64,000 bases of DNA from Hyphochytrium catenoides (lineage: Eukaryota > Protista > Hyphochytriomycota). The position numbers and the translations under genes are program-made. Below are positions 33,601 to 46,876 of this stretch, piece by piece (within the stretch, counting starts at the first letter, position 1; each line of letters starts with the position of its first letter). Location of the stretch: positions 6,338 through 70,337 of the forward strand of contig FLMG01002232.1 of the NCBI GenBank assembly GCA_900088475.1, read 5' to 3'. The notes under the pieces were generated by a model. The model did no database searches and had not been told where the DNA came from. It saw only the letters and a program-made list of their open reading frames with translations.

Positions 33601-34024
33601 GCAAGGCTTTGAGGAAGCGGTCGGCCCTAAACACCTGGAGACTCTGAGGGCGATGATGTCTCTTGGAAGTCTACTGGAGCGTCAGGGAAAGTTCCATGAA
33701 GCAGAGCCCATTTTTCGCCGTTGTCTAGCGACATACAAGGAAATATATGGGAACAACCACGTGGACACCTTAACTTGCATGCTGCAAATCGCCTCTCTTC
33801 TGTCGGAAGAGGGAAAGTATGCAGAGGCGGACAAACTCTGTCTCAAAACCATCGAGGCGATTGACGACATGACGAGCAGAATGGATGTGGATGTCAAAAT
33901 CCTGACGCTAAAGAAGAGGTTTAAGTATGTCAAGCTCCGTAATAGGTTCAGAAGGCTAGTGCAGACGCTATCCTTCGGTAGCTGCTTCACTGCAGATAAC
34001 AGCAGAGTAGACGTTCTCCGCTGA
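30668..34024 (+). CDS. RelA/SpoT-like nucleotidyltransferase domain fused to about 16 42-residue TPR repeats (KLC/nephrocystin-3 type); exons 30668-30980, 31087-32373 and 32604-34024, about 1006 aa
   Basis: Spliced N-domain: PG|LKKAERAKQKIKNDYDGDSCRLMDIVRTSLVF...RVKSTF...GGYRDLKINIRF...ICEIQLH. It is followed by repeats of (L/H)GxxHPxTL...LA..L..QG+..EAE..YRRAL. Both introns are GT-AG and frame-preserving. Confidence 0.85.
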
Positions 34025-35674
34025 GGATGCTAAAGCGTCCATCAGAAGCTCTCTTCGTCGGCTGCAGCAGGTGTCCTCACCTGGCAACAATGTGCGATTG
34101 TTCATATCATATTGGAAACCTACTTTTCTTGAAGCTAGGCTATTAATATTTATCCTGTTCCTCAAACGGTCTCGCTGCTCTTCTCGCGCTATTATTTCTA
34201 CTTGGTTTCCTACCCGCTTCTGGTAGAGCGAGTCCTACTGCCGCGGGCTCACCAACAAGCTTCGGCCTCCTCCTCATCGAATAGATAGCTGGTACATTCC
34301 CTCGCTCTACTTGCATTAACCGAGCTGCAGCACTGCGACACCCTCCTTGAGTTTCACTGACGCCGTGTACGTTGACCTATTAGAACCATCATCAGACAAG
34401 GGTCAAACCTCAATCTCCGTCATCTCCTGGTGCCGTCTGCCAGGACAATGGGGCAGTGCTGCTGCAGCCCCTGAAGGCTCCGCTGATCAGCTCCGATCCC
34501 ATGCTGATCCACCCTATAACGGCCAACTTCAACTCGGCGCCTGACGCTTCCTAACAAGCAACCCCATGGCTGCTCCTCTCCCATCCTCCCTCCCTCCCTT
34601 CTAACCCTATTAAGCAGCAGCAACACCAACAGCACCGGCTCTCTCACTGGAACAGTGGTACTGTATGGGCAGTCCCATGAAGCATATAATAGATTTCATT
34701 TGTGAAAGCTTTATCAGAACCATGAGGTAAATATAGGAAAGATTGGCCTTGTACGAAACCTTGTTTATATTTCCATTTATGTAGAGAAATGTTTCCTGGG
34801 TAGGTTACGTTTCCGCTGACCTCAGGCATCTGAGGCATCCCCATCACCTCTATTATAGATATATTTAGGAGGAGGTACCCCCACCCCCATGGGCCCGGCG
34901 TTTAGTAGGTTTGTTACATGGACATCAGGGTTATGCAAGCTAACAATGTCGACCTGGAAGTAAAGTGCATGGCATTCGAGACAGAGTCAAAATGAGAGAT
35001 GAAAGTGGAAGAGCCAGAGTGGCTAGTGAGTGGTGGGGTTACGAGTAGCTTGGGGGATATTTCATAGGACACAGAGTCTACAAGAGATAGACGGGGAAGA
35101 AGAGACCAAAACCCTGAGAGGTGATGCAAATGAAGGAAGAAGAGAGTTTCTTTGTGAAGCGCGTGCAGGGTTACCTCGAGCAACAGAGCGACAAAGAAGA
35201 GTGGTGACATTGGAGCACAGGCTCCATTGGCCAATAACTGAGCTTTCGGAGGCCAAAGTTCCTCTAGTGATCTTGCGAGACAAACACGGCTGGAAGTACG
35301 GCTGTTGACCAGCCTATTAGCAAGTACGAGCGTGCAAGAGAGCAAGAGAGCGAGAGAGCGAGAGAGCTGACCACGGCGTTCAGGTCCCTGCGCCGATATA
35401 GACCAGAGTTCTATAATAGGTCGAAAGTCTTATGATGGCCTCGGGCACATCTTCACTTGGCGGAGAATCTGTCTGAGGGGAAGAGGAGAGCTTTTTTGGA
35501 GGAATAGTAATCCTTGCTGAGGGGTAGCATACAGTCTTTCCTGGGGAAGAGGGAAGAGCTGATGCCTATGAGAAAGGGGAATGCTTTCAACAATACAAGA
35601 GAGAGACTGGAGCTTGAGCTGAAGACTGTGATGCCTGTGAAGGCGTTGGGTCATCAATGCCATCAGTGAGGTCG

Positions 35675-38600
35675 ATGGAGGGGCCCACAAGGCTTCTCAG
35701 CAGGGGGGCCCATATGTTGGCCGTCTTCGTCCTAGTTCTCACACTATGCAGATCACATGCCGGCGCAAATGGGGGTTTTGACCACCCGTTGCAGCCGTAC
35801 AGAACGCATAGGAAGCTAGAAAGGTAAACGAAAGTGAGAAGGTAGATACATGAAGAGAACTTAATGGATAATTCTCTTGCTCTTTCTGTCAATTTTTTTG
35901 TCCCTTACACACAGAGCTCCTGGTGAAGTTGCTCTGACAGCTAGGAACGGTGGCAACCTTTACTTTGGAAAGATCCAAATCGACTCTTCGACCTTCAATG
36001 TGCAATTTGACACCGGAAGTGCTGACCTTTGGATCTACGCTGACAAGCTGCCACCTTCAGCCGTTGCAGCGGCTAGCAATGAGTCGGGATGGCGACTTGC
36101 GTATGGTGGAGGAGTGGTGGGTTAGACTCGGCTGTTACACTTCAGTCTTCGATGTGGTTCTTGTCTTCAGCTCTTTCAAGCCCTTTCGATACTATGACTC
36201 TTCCTGCACTTTCCATTAAGCTCTCCTTCATATTTTTCGTGTCCTACATCCAAGTCAGCAATCATACAGGTGTCTCCCTGGCAAGGACTTACTCTTATCC
36301 TTTCGCTTTCTCTCTGGGGTCGTTCCCAGGTTCAAGGCTTAGTTGCGTTCGGATCGGTTGTAGTAGGAGGCAAAACTTTGGAGGACTTTCGCTATGGCAT
36401 CGCCACCACCGGCAAGATCAACGGCTTGGACGTGGACGGCATCTGTGGGCTGGGCTTCTTACCTCTTGCGCGGATATCAAAGGAGGACAGTGTAAGCTAA
36501 GTTTGAGACTCCTCCTGCTGAACTGCATAATCTATGACCCATTCGCTTTGATTCTCTTTACTTTTCTTTGGGTCCGCGATCCTTTTCGAATGAGAGGTTC
36601 CAAGGTCTGAGCTGGTTCCATCATCTGCATATCCTCCAGTCGTCGGTTCTGCCTGTGTTCATTATAGACCAGTACTGACATGAACGACGTCCCTCTCTTG
36701 TCTCTCTTGCATTGCAGCTGCTATCCAAGAAATTCAACAACTTTTCTCTCTTTTTGACACCTGAGAACGACGTTGAAGGTTCTACATTGACCTTCGACTC
36801 CCAGCAGCCAGTTCCTGGCGCTCAGAACCTCACCTGGTATCGGTTTGACATATTTCCCGGTTCCAAATACTGGAGGATTCCGGTGGCATCTGTAGAGATC
36901 GCACTCTCAAAAATTCAATATTCATCGGGCTTGGGCTCAGCGGTGGTTGATTCAGGCAGCTCCTATGTACTGATCCCCTCGTCCAGTTATGATGCGGTGA
37001 GTACCCAAGTAAATAACACGACAGCTCTTAATATAGTGAGGGTCAGATGGCGGTGAGAGAGGAAAAGACAAGGTCGCGGAGGTGCAAATGAGAAGAGGCG
37101 GAGAAATGTGTGCAATTGGGGTTTCTTTCTCTTCTCTTCAGCACGGCAGCTTCTGGTCACTTTTTCTCTCCATGCTTGAGACTCATCGAAAGACTTCAGC
37201 TCTTGCAACCCACTTGAACGTTTCTCGCAACCCACCCTTTTCCTAGTTCTATCCGATGGTCCCCTTGCCAAGCTTTTTGCTCTGGCCCTTCCATCAGCAG
37301 AAAAGTGGGATTTATACCACTCTGTGGTGGAAGGCTGGCCAACTGCTCCATTCTACGCTTCTGCTTATCTGAACCTAATTATTGTCTTTCTGTCCACTAG
37401 GTGATTTCACGCTTCTTCTACGGCTTTAACTGTTCTGCCAACTACGGATTGTTGCTCTGTCCAAAGTCTTCGGAGCTGCCACCACTGACCTTTTCGCTGG
37501 GAAGGAATCGCACTTCGTTCGCACTTCAACCCTCAGATTATAGTTCCCCCTATGATTGTGATCGGTGAGCTCAGAAATGTCTAGTCCATGCTTGCTGTTA
37601 CTCTCTCTGCGCTATGTCTCTCTGACCTATGTTTTACAATATGCCGCTTTTTGCCCTTAAAGCTTGTTGCTTCTGTCAGGGTTTGCAGGAAGCCTACACT
37701 TTGATCTTCGTTTGCTTGGCATGTGCCGTATCCTATCTTTGATTGGTTGATGAAGCTACCATTGAGGGTGACCACACTATTAGTAACAAATCCTCAGGCG
37801 CTCACGCACGTTTGTGGCTGCCTTCGCTACCTTCAAGTTGTTATATTATTGCTTCCTCTCCGACTAAACGCTGACAACCTCTCACTATACTGACTTACCA
37901 CTCTTCAAGGGTATTGGTTGAGTTGCAGGTTAACGCGGTGACAGATGACTGGGTCCTTGGTGGTACATTTCTTCGAGCCTACCCATCTCTCTATGCCATG
38001 CCCAGTGTGGGCGGCAATGTGGCGTCAATATCCTTTGCTTGTGAGGCGGAGGGGTGCAATGGTGGTAAAGGGGTAAAGAACCTTGATATTTATTGTTCCA
38101 AACGTAAGTCAGCTCTGTCTGGAGTCCTACGTACTTTCATCTTCAGCCTCGTTATCCCTGCTTGCTTTTCTTACTCGTTATACGGAGGATGTGCCACGAG
38201 AGCTCAAGCACACATGACATTCTACTCACTTTAGCTGAGCATTTCCTTACTGAGTGACATCGAACTAGCTTCTCTCATTTCCTCAGACGCTGGAACGTTT
38301 CCTTCTACTGACCTGTCTGCTGTCTCCTCTATCCGCAGCTGGCATGACAGGGACACAGATTGCGATTATCTCAGTTTCGGTCACCTGCGCTGTCCTGGCA
38401 GTCATCACAGCCACGGTGTACATCAGACGCAAAAGGAGGCTGCAGAAGGAAGGTACGACGAAGGATCTATGCGTTGTCCCTTTCCTGAGATTCTGCCACA
38501 TTTCTGGCTCTCGATTCCTCTATTCTTCCTTCTCAAGCGACATCCTCACCTGCTCCTGTGGCGGGATGAGCTATGACTCGTGAGAGTCTAATGTACTTAA

Positions 38601-39164
38601 ATCTTGTTCTCAATGCAGTTGAGTCAAAGGGCGGCGAGGCAGTGCCAGAGAAGGGCCTGGCTGTCGCTATGCCTGTTGATGAAAGAGAGGTTAGTTGCAA
38701 GAAGGGGGTCAACTGTCAGAAAAGAATGCTGGGATGCCTGCGCTATCTTGCAATTCTTTTCCTCCGTTTCCTTCCGGCCTGATGTCTAATTGCCTATAGA
38801 GCTCTACGGGTTTATGCTGACTTACTTACCTGCTGTCTCTCGCTCCGAAACCTTGATGCAGCCTGATGAGGTGTATAATATAGTAGCAACGGACGAGCAT
38901 TTTGAGGAGGAAGACCTCACACGAGAGTCTCGCAGGAACTTGAGCATCCGTTTCTTAACTCCGCGATTCCCTGCAGAAGGAGAGGGTAGAGAGCGAGGTC
39001 GCAGTGGTTCCCCTACCTCTGCTGGCGCTGGATTTGAGCGCCTGGCCCTCGGCTCTCCAGAATCGCCGCAGTCTGCGTCTTCTCCATTGTCTCCTACCTC
39101 TACAAGGGAGTCTCCCGTCACACCTCCGGGTGATTCAGATAGGAATATTGGTTATTTTATTTGA
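35675..39164 (+). CDS. Membrane-anchored pepsin-family (A1) aspartic protease with type I topology and cytosolic Ser/Pro-rich tail; about 9 exons
   Basis: Signal peptide MLAVFVLVLTLCRSHAG; YFGKIQI, FDTGSADLW, DGICGLGF, AVVDSGSS and WVLGGTFLRAY; TM IAIISVSVTCAVLAVITATVYI followed by RRKRR. Confidence 0.9.
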
Positions 39165-39445
39165 TGAGGAGGCACAGCGCCTCCTCTTCTTTACTTATTT
39201 ATTGATTGACAGACGCTCTGAGGGTGCAGACGAAATAAAGTTTTGTCCTAGCTACCCTTGCGGCTGAGTTTAGAACTTCAAGGCTCCACTTAAATTGACA
39301 TGCTTCCTTTGTCTTTATCTACTGCCAGCTTTATATAAGAATTGCTGTCGAAGTGAAAGGCTTCCAAGTTCCATTGGGGCAGTCGCATGCCCCGATGAAC
39401 TGCTTAAGATGTAAATAATGCTCTTGAAACTTTCTCTCTTTACGG

Positions 39446-42400
39446 TCAACGTAAGCTGTCTTCTGAGGGCAAACGAGCCAAGAAGCGCATTGTCGGCCTC
39501 CTGCAAGTGCACAGATAAATCGTCAGAGAAGTGAAATGAGAAGTAGGAAATACCATCATTCAAGATAGAGCAAAGCAGGAGCAAAGATAGAGTTGACCTG
39601 GGTCCCATTTTTGTCTACTTTTTGTTCACTGTTCGGCTTTTACTATTCCCCAGATAGTCACTTAGGAGGCCTTAGTCTTTAGGAGAGTCGTACCCGTGTG
39701 GACAATTCCAGGGCTGGTCGAGTTGGTGCAGATTCCTGACGACCTTGAGCATCTCTTCGTGCTTGAGGGCCGTCCCGATCATAATTGAAGATCGACAGGC
39801 CCTGGAAGCAAACATTGCTTGCGCTTTAGGCAGGCGGACTGTCTTGGCCGGGTTGTCGGCAAGAAGTGACGCGAGCTCGTGAATGTCTGGTGCAGAGGGA
39901 ACCGACAATGAGAACGAGAGATTTGAACAAATAACTGATTAGGATTCCAATACGTGCTAGGGGAAGAAACTCCTATAGGCCGTAGACGAGAGGTTTAGAT
40001 ATCTCCATTCCCAACCTAGGCAAGCAACCAGAGAGATGGCAGGATGGCCAGAGCTTCAGCGCTAGGAAGAGATATGGCGAAACACGGAATTTGAACGAGT
40101 GGATGAATAACAGGTCAAATGGAATATATCCGGGGGACTGATGAAGGCGTCGCGCACTGGTGGTGCGGGAGCAAGAATAAAAGCTCCTGTGTCTGACCTT
40201 CGACACCAAACTGCGTAGACCTGCTGAAGGGCAGTCCCTTCACTTGAATCTTTCTCGTTGGTGATGCACTGTAGTCCACCTCCAAGTTGAACCCATTAGA
40301 CGCGAAGGTCTCTAGGTTGTCCAGGATCACCATCTCTAGCCCCGCATTGATCTCTAGAGGAATTGGACTAAGGAAATGGCAGCAACCAGAATTAGAGGTA
40401 GTGACGAAGGTAGGCACCCCAGCTAGGTTAACTTAGAAAGCCAAAGGATTATAGATCACTGTGGAAATAACGTCACGTCACAGGAGGAATCAGAAGGGCC
40501 TGACATTGGAGCACCAGCTAGATCATCATTAGGGATGGGACGAACCCTATTGAACGTCAACAGGGCAGGAAGAAGGGCGAAGGGTTCCAGAGAGTAGCTC
40601 ATCCTTAATAGTCCCCAGCGACGGAAACGAATCCGCTGGGCATTCTTTCGCTAGTGCGAAGAGTAGAATGGAAGAGGTTTTGTCGCACTAACCTAACCAG
40701 TGGCTGTTGATGTATAGTGGTGCTCTGCATCAGCCGCTCATAGTTGAACTTCTCATCACATGCGTGCTGATCTAAAATAAATAGGTCCGAGCCTGCCCTC
40801 GCTATGATGAATCCAAGGTTAAACTGGCCGATGACCGTCATTTGCAAGAATGACTCCTGCGAAAGAGGAATCAGGGCAAACCTCAAACAGGCAAGGTTAA
40901 GGTGAAGAGGATCATCAAAAAGACAAAAATAGAAGACTCTCATCTCCCTCGAGCTGGAGGAGGCTGACAGCATATGAGAGTGTGGATAATTCTGTAGAAC
41001 AAGTAGTGACAGTAATAGGCCCACAGACGTAAGACTAAATTAGCAGGAACAAACATGTCAGAAGCAACGGCGTCACTCATTAGGTCGTCAATATGCATGG
41101 TTCGTCTTGAAAGCTCACTTTGTCAAACACTCTCTCTAAAACGGCAGAAGCTTCCTGCTCCACGCCGTCTGCCGTTGCCAACAGCAGCTTCTCATCTTGA
41201 GAAGAAAGGTCGTCTCGCTTTAAGGCACTTTTGTCGGCGCTGGTTCCGTTCGCTTCTGCTGGCGCTTGTTGGGTTGACGAGTGACGTCGAAAACTCTCCA
41301 AGATATCTTGCAGATTAACGGGCAAAGTCTGCAGAGCAAACGAGTACAAGGTAACGCATGAGCTTTGGTACCTGGATCTAAAGACATTAACAAGTTCTAG
41401 AGAGTGCTTGAGAGGGCCAAGAAAGGATGCAGGAAGAAACATCCGAGTGGGGTCGGAGTTAAGGACACTAACCTGATTGCGATTGGAGTTACGACCAAAG
41501 GCCGTCGCCTGCCGCTTCAAGGGAGACTCTGACAATCACGGTCAGGGAGGAGCAGACGTCAGATACTTACCAGAGACAATCTTCCAGAGGAAAGGCACTA
41601 ACGACCAGTTGACGTGGGATCGGGATGGCAGGCCACGAAGAAGGGCTTAAGCCAGACGGGGTGGAGAGTGAGACATGAAGAGCCAGATTGCGCTAAGACC
41701 TCACATCCAGATGGGACAATGGGAGGCAACACGGAGGAACTGGCTCAGTTTTACCTCTTCTTGCACTAGTCTCCTTCTCAAGACCACTGATGGATCTCTT
41801 TCCGGTTCCTGCCCCAATGGTAGCGTCAATGCTTTGCTGGGAAATTTTGCTGCGAGCTCCATGTCCTGTGCCTGAACAACAAAGTTTGGAAGGACTGACA
41901 GTAGACGGTGGGCGTAGCACCTCGACTGAGCTCTCTTCTTCCCCTTCCGTTGCTCCCTTGAAACAATTCGAAGATGCCATGGATGCCTTACAACAAGCGA
42001 CGGGGCAATCAGTGCATAGATGGCGACATAGAGGTCTCAGTAGCTTGCACACAATAAATGGGATGGTTGGGCGAGTGAGGTTAAATGACGACCCTCACGC
42101 GAGTCAGCGAGAAACTGCGAATGAAGACGTCGTAATGCAAGGATGTCGGTATAGTAGGGTTTGATGCCAAAGGAACTCGGTCCTTACATCTGATTCTGGT
42201 CTTCGGCTAATGATGGGGACCTGCTCGTCATTCTCCTTCAATGCTTCTTCTACTTCTACCGCTCCTTCCATTTCCATAACCATCGCATGTAATGCTTCTT
42301 CGTCTTCCGCTTGCGGCGTCCCATCTGACTCGAGGTCAATGGCCGTTTCGATGATTAAGCCTGCCTCCTCCTTGGTCGTTGGGTTCCGGTTTCCCTTATT

Positions 42401-45400
42401 GAAGCTCATGCCTGAATCTGGATTTATTAGCGAGAGATGGGCCCAGGCAAGGTCGGACTATGAGTGCGGAGAAAAGTCTTCAGAAAGGAGCATGAAGGTC
42501 GACGTCCATCGGCAGTTTTGCGGTACGTAGATGTGATAAAGATCAAAAATCGTCACACTAGAGTACATTTGGGGCTGCGCTAGGTAAAGAAGCTCTCACC
42601 GGTCTCTGCTCGTTTCTCGGGATCTTGAACCCTTCTTGACAAACCGCTAGAAGATCCAGATTCAGAGGATGGCGCAGAGTTGACTGGCAGGGACGGTTCC
42701 TCGAATGGAGAAGAGGTGCTTCGCGTGTCAGCCACGTGTAATTGCGCATCTAGCTCAGTAGACAAGCACAACGTAGGTTGGATAATAAAAAGTACTGTTA
42801 GCTCGTGTTTGTTAGAGGCGTCCAACAGCCATACCATCTCTTGTTGCCTGTGTGCCCTCTGACAGTGTTGGTTGATGGGACCTCTTCGCTGGCAGCAAAT
42901 TAGAGGAAAGGGCCGGTGGGGCGGAGCGTGATAGGGAGGAGGAAGGGGGCAGCTGCGTGCTAGAGATTGACGAGAAGGAGGAGGAAGATAGAAGAGTCTG
43001 AGTCTTAAAGGTATAGCGTGAGGGCTCCCAAAGAGCATTCAAGCCATTCTTCAAGCCTTCTATGATAGCCGCTTCCTGCCGACAACAAGGGAAGGGTCGA
43101 GACACCACCAGCATAGTGTCAGAGCGCCTTACTTCTTGAAGCTCAGTTAGATAGCCATCCACACTGTGGATCATGCCGGCCCTTCAGTTAACTGCGTTTC
43201 TACTGCTACCTCGCTCCATCATCTTTATAGCACTGGGCCCTCGACGACCGATGAGAGCTCCGTATATTGAGCCATTTGCTTCCCTTTCCTTGTTATGCCC
43301 TTCTCCTTCAAATCATCCATAAACCTATCTACTCCTTTCTTCTTTGAGGGTTTACCTCCGTTAACATGGCCTCTCTCTTGTCAGGAGAAATGTTGATATC
43401 AAAAGAGCCCGGTGGAAGAGAGAAGTCGAGAATACATGCAGGCTTCTGCTTCATCTCAAACTGGCGCCAAACCTCATTCAGTGCTCGAGCTACCTGCGGA
43501 TCAACCGATAGCTTAGTGCTTAAAAGAGCTATTTAGCTGATGTCGGATAAGCTCCGAACCCTTTTGAACCTTGACCTCGTCCAACAATCACTTCACTTTG
43601 TCCCTTGCCGTACATATAAGCAGGCATACCTTGGGTATGTCTACGGGCCTGCCATTGATAAAGAAGAATTGCCTATCACTGTCGCTGCGGCCGACACCTT
43701 CTCCTGCCTTCGAAACATAGCCCTCAACTTTCCCGATCGACGGCCTTTTGTTCTCTGGAAAGGAGGAAAGTTGATGCGGAGAGCCGTTAAGCGGAGAGAT
43801 GAGCAAGATTCAGAATAGAGAGTTTACTTACCGTCCTGGGTCTCTGAGTTCTCCTCGTTACTGTCTCCGTTGTTACTTTTTCTTTCTATACTTTCCTCAG
43901 CATCGCTTTCACCACTATCCACCTCCATGGCTCCACTTTTCGGGGAAAACTCTATATCCACCTTCCTCAATGTCTTATAGAACTTTGAGCCGAACACCGT
44001 GACGAGGTTATCAGCTAGGGTCTTAGAGGTCTGCAAGTGAAGATTATAAGAATGTATCCTGAGTAAGACAGGAAAGGAATGGAGCGTGAACGCAAAGGAG
44101 CACGAGATCAATCTGCAACGACAAAGGCAGTCACGCTCCAACCAAAGGGGTTGAGTCCAATGGACGACATCATCGTAGAGTTATGTGGATTTGTGCTTTT
44201 TGCGTGCCCAACAGCGTAGCAAGTATGTGGCACAGGAGGGGTTTTGGAGTGGAAGGAAGGCGATGCCAAGCACTAATGGCATACAGAGGTTCAACTCAAG
44301 CTAATGCGGGCGGGCAAACATGCACTCTGAGGGGCAGAAAGGTTGCTTCAGCTAGCAGCCGCGGACTTCGGCCAAAAGGGGCACATGGACAAAGAAGGAC
44401 ATAGTGACCAATGTACCTGTGTAGCAATAAGCGTTTGGCGAGTCTTCCCATCCGGCGAGTTTGAACACGAGATCCGCTTATTCACAGAGATGAGACAGAA
44501 ACCCTAAGAGCGACGAGATTAAGGCGAGATGACAGCGGTGAGCAAACTAGAGCACAGAAGACCAGAAGAGCAAGGTAAGGAATGCCCTTATGACGCCGTC
44601 TGCTAATCTCAATCACCTGCATAGTTCGCATCAACTTCGCCAACTGCTTCTTAATGTTCCTCTTGAACTCGCCATGGCGCACGGGGAGTGCCTGCAGATA
44701 GCAACAAGTGATCATGAGCATTGGCCTGCTCTCTTCTTGTTCTTCACTGAAAGTGCGAATGCTGACCTCAAAAAGGCCCCGGATGGTGACTGTGGTCCCA
44801 ACTTGCCGTGCGGAGGTTTTCTAAAGACGAGCCGAACGGGTCAGAGATTGGACGAAGAAGCTCTAAGCAAGCCTTTGTTCGGTATGCGCTACACTTTGGG
44901 ACTCACTTTGGATATAAGACTGCCAGCTTTATCAAACTCTAATAGTGAGCCAGTAGACTCGTTCACAGTCCTAGTGCAGACCATCAACGAAGAAGAAATT
45001 TGGCATAGTGCGCTCAACGCTTCTCCTCTAGAAGTAAACCAACGTCAGTGAATCTGCAGTATCAATCCTTATGATGAGCCAAGCATAGACAAGGATGGAA
45101 TTTTCAAGGGTGCGAGAGTTAAGGCTGCTGAGTTTAAAGAACCTAAAGCCGAAAGACGAAAGTGAGTCCAAGTCCTCGAAGTCCCTCAGTTTGGATGTGT
45201 GGCTGCGTTTCGCCAGGAGTTCGAAGTTGGAAGGGTCAATCCCGCCGCCTGTAAGAGACAAAGATGGATTGAGCCTAATCATCCGACTGGCAACCGACCG
45301 TCTACCACCTATTTAACTCTGTCTCTCCCTTCCCATCACTTCTGATGGGCAGGTTGCGCTCCATTCATATACGAAGAGCGGCTCATCTGACTCTTCTTTC

Positions 45401-46048
45401 TTCTCATTGCTATCAATTATTCGCACTTGCCTTCACCTACAAGCCACCCTGGCAGTTCTCTCTTCATATGGTTGACTTACCATTATCAACCACTTCGATA
45501 GCATCCAACCCGGAGTTTGTCAGTTTCACTTCCACCACGGTGGCTCCGGCATCCTGCATGCCGTCAACAGGTCAGCGGGAAACAAATGAAAAGGGAAACG
45601 TGGAAGAAAGAGTGCAAGTCAATGCTCTAAAGAGAGTGAGGAGGGCTAAAGTGCCGCGATTGGGAGGATGGAAGCTGTAGTGAGCAGACTAGGAAGCGCC
45701 AAGTGTGAGAAGAGTCTAGAGAATGGCCCTCTAAGAAAGCCACGAGTGCATAGCTTTATTGAAGACTAAGGAGGCAAAGAGGATTGTGACTGGAGAGAGA
45801 TGGGAACGAGGGGGAGATCCTATTATTTCTACCAGTGAGTTCTCCACCAGTTCCTTTACAGCCGTGGAGAGGTCAACCACCGCCTGGCCCGAGCAGATAC
45901 GGATGGCATCCTGCTTAGAGATCGCACTAGGGAGGACAGAAGTATGGAAGGCGGATGACAGAAGAAGGTCAGCGTGAGACAGAACGGTGATTGGCCTACT
46001 GGTACAGAAAGGCCACTGCAAGTACCTGATCTTTCTGGCAGTCATCAT
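39446..46048 (-). CDS. PMS2: Mismatch repair endonuclease PMS2 (yeast PMS1; MutL homologue), about 15 exons
   Basis: [22 protein letters not shown]|DAGAT, VVDNG|GGI, HTSKL, FGFR|[37 protein letters not shown] (endonuclease motif), [21 protein letters not shown]|RPTMR. Confidence 0.97.
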
Positions 46049-46430
46049 GCTGCAGTCCTTTTACTTCCGCTCAAAACCTAGGAGGAAGGGTGCTAACTAG
46101 CGGAAAGGAGAGGATGAACGCGGAGTCAGCTTTCCGGCATTCTCTGAGTTCTGGCCATCGCAGGCGTCCAGCTGCTTTCCAAGCGGGGCACCGATTATAT
46201 GTCTTCCGCCTCAAAGGTGTGACGCTACGAGTGATGTGCTGCTCCTTCCTGACGGTAGGCGAGGTCTCCTCGGCAACCGGACGTACGGTGCACTTGGTCC
46301 ATGCTAAACTGATCTTCAACTGTTATGACCTATCTTTCCTGCTTTTTCTCTTTTCTTTACCTCTGTCTCTCTCTTGGTTTCCTTTCTCTCTTTTCAGTTT
46401 CTGCTCTCTTCAGTTTCTGCTCTCTCTCTA

Positions 46431-46461
<31 letters not shown>

Positions 46462-46876
46462 CCTCTCTCTCTCTCTCTTCCTTGCTTTCTGTTTCTCACA
46501 GTGCTCCTTCGCTCCTGTCGCCGCTGCTTGTCTCCTCTGCTCTTCCTCTCTCCGTCACATCATCAGCTTTTCCCGCCAAACTTCCTCTCCAAAACTGCTG
46601 CTAACGGCTACCTGGCGGTCACTAGTTTCGGTTGGGGATGCTTCTTACCGAAGATTACTCTCAGTGGGAGATGGCGTGTCATCTGAAGCCTGAGATGAGC
46701 TTCCAGATGAGCTCCCAGATGAAGAAGAGCTTTTTGGAGCTCTTGCTGTCCGGTTTACTTTGCTCGCTGGGTTGGCTTGTGAAGCTGCTGGTGGCCATAG
46801 GTCTGTGACAGACCTTGCTGGCGCTATAGAGTGGGATTGTAAGCTCTACCTAGCTAGGTGACAGGTCTAGTGCAGT

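Noticed and set aside
31155-34024. Calling the TPR gene kinesin light chain, or a frameshifted pseudogene
   Set aside because: There is no KLC heptad region, and the apparent frameshift is a canonical intron (32374-32603)
34640-34910. AT-richer intergenic patch, possible MITE
   Set aside because: No terminal inverted repeats or target-site duplication could be identified
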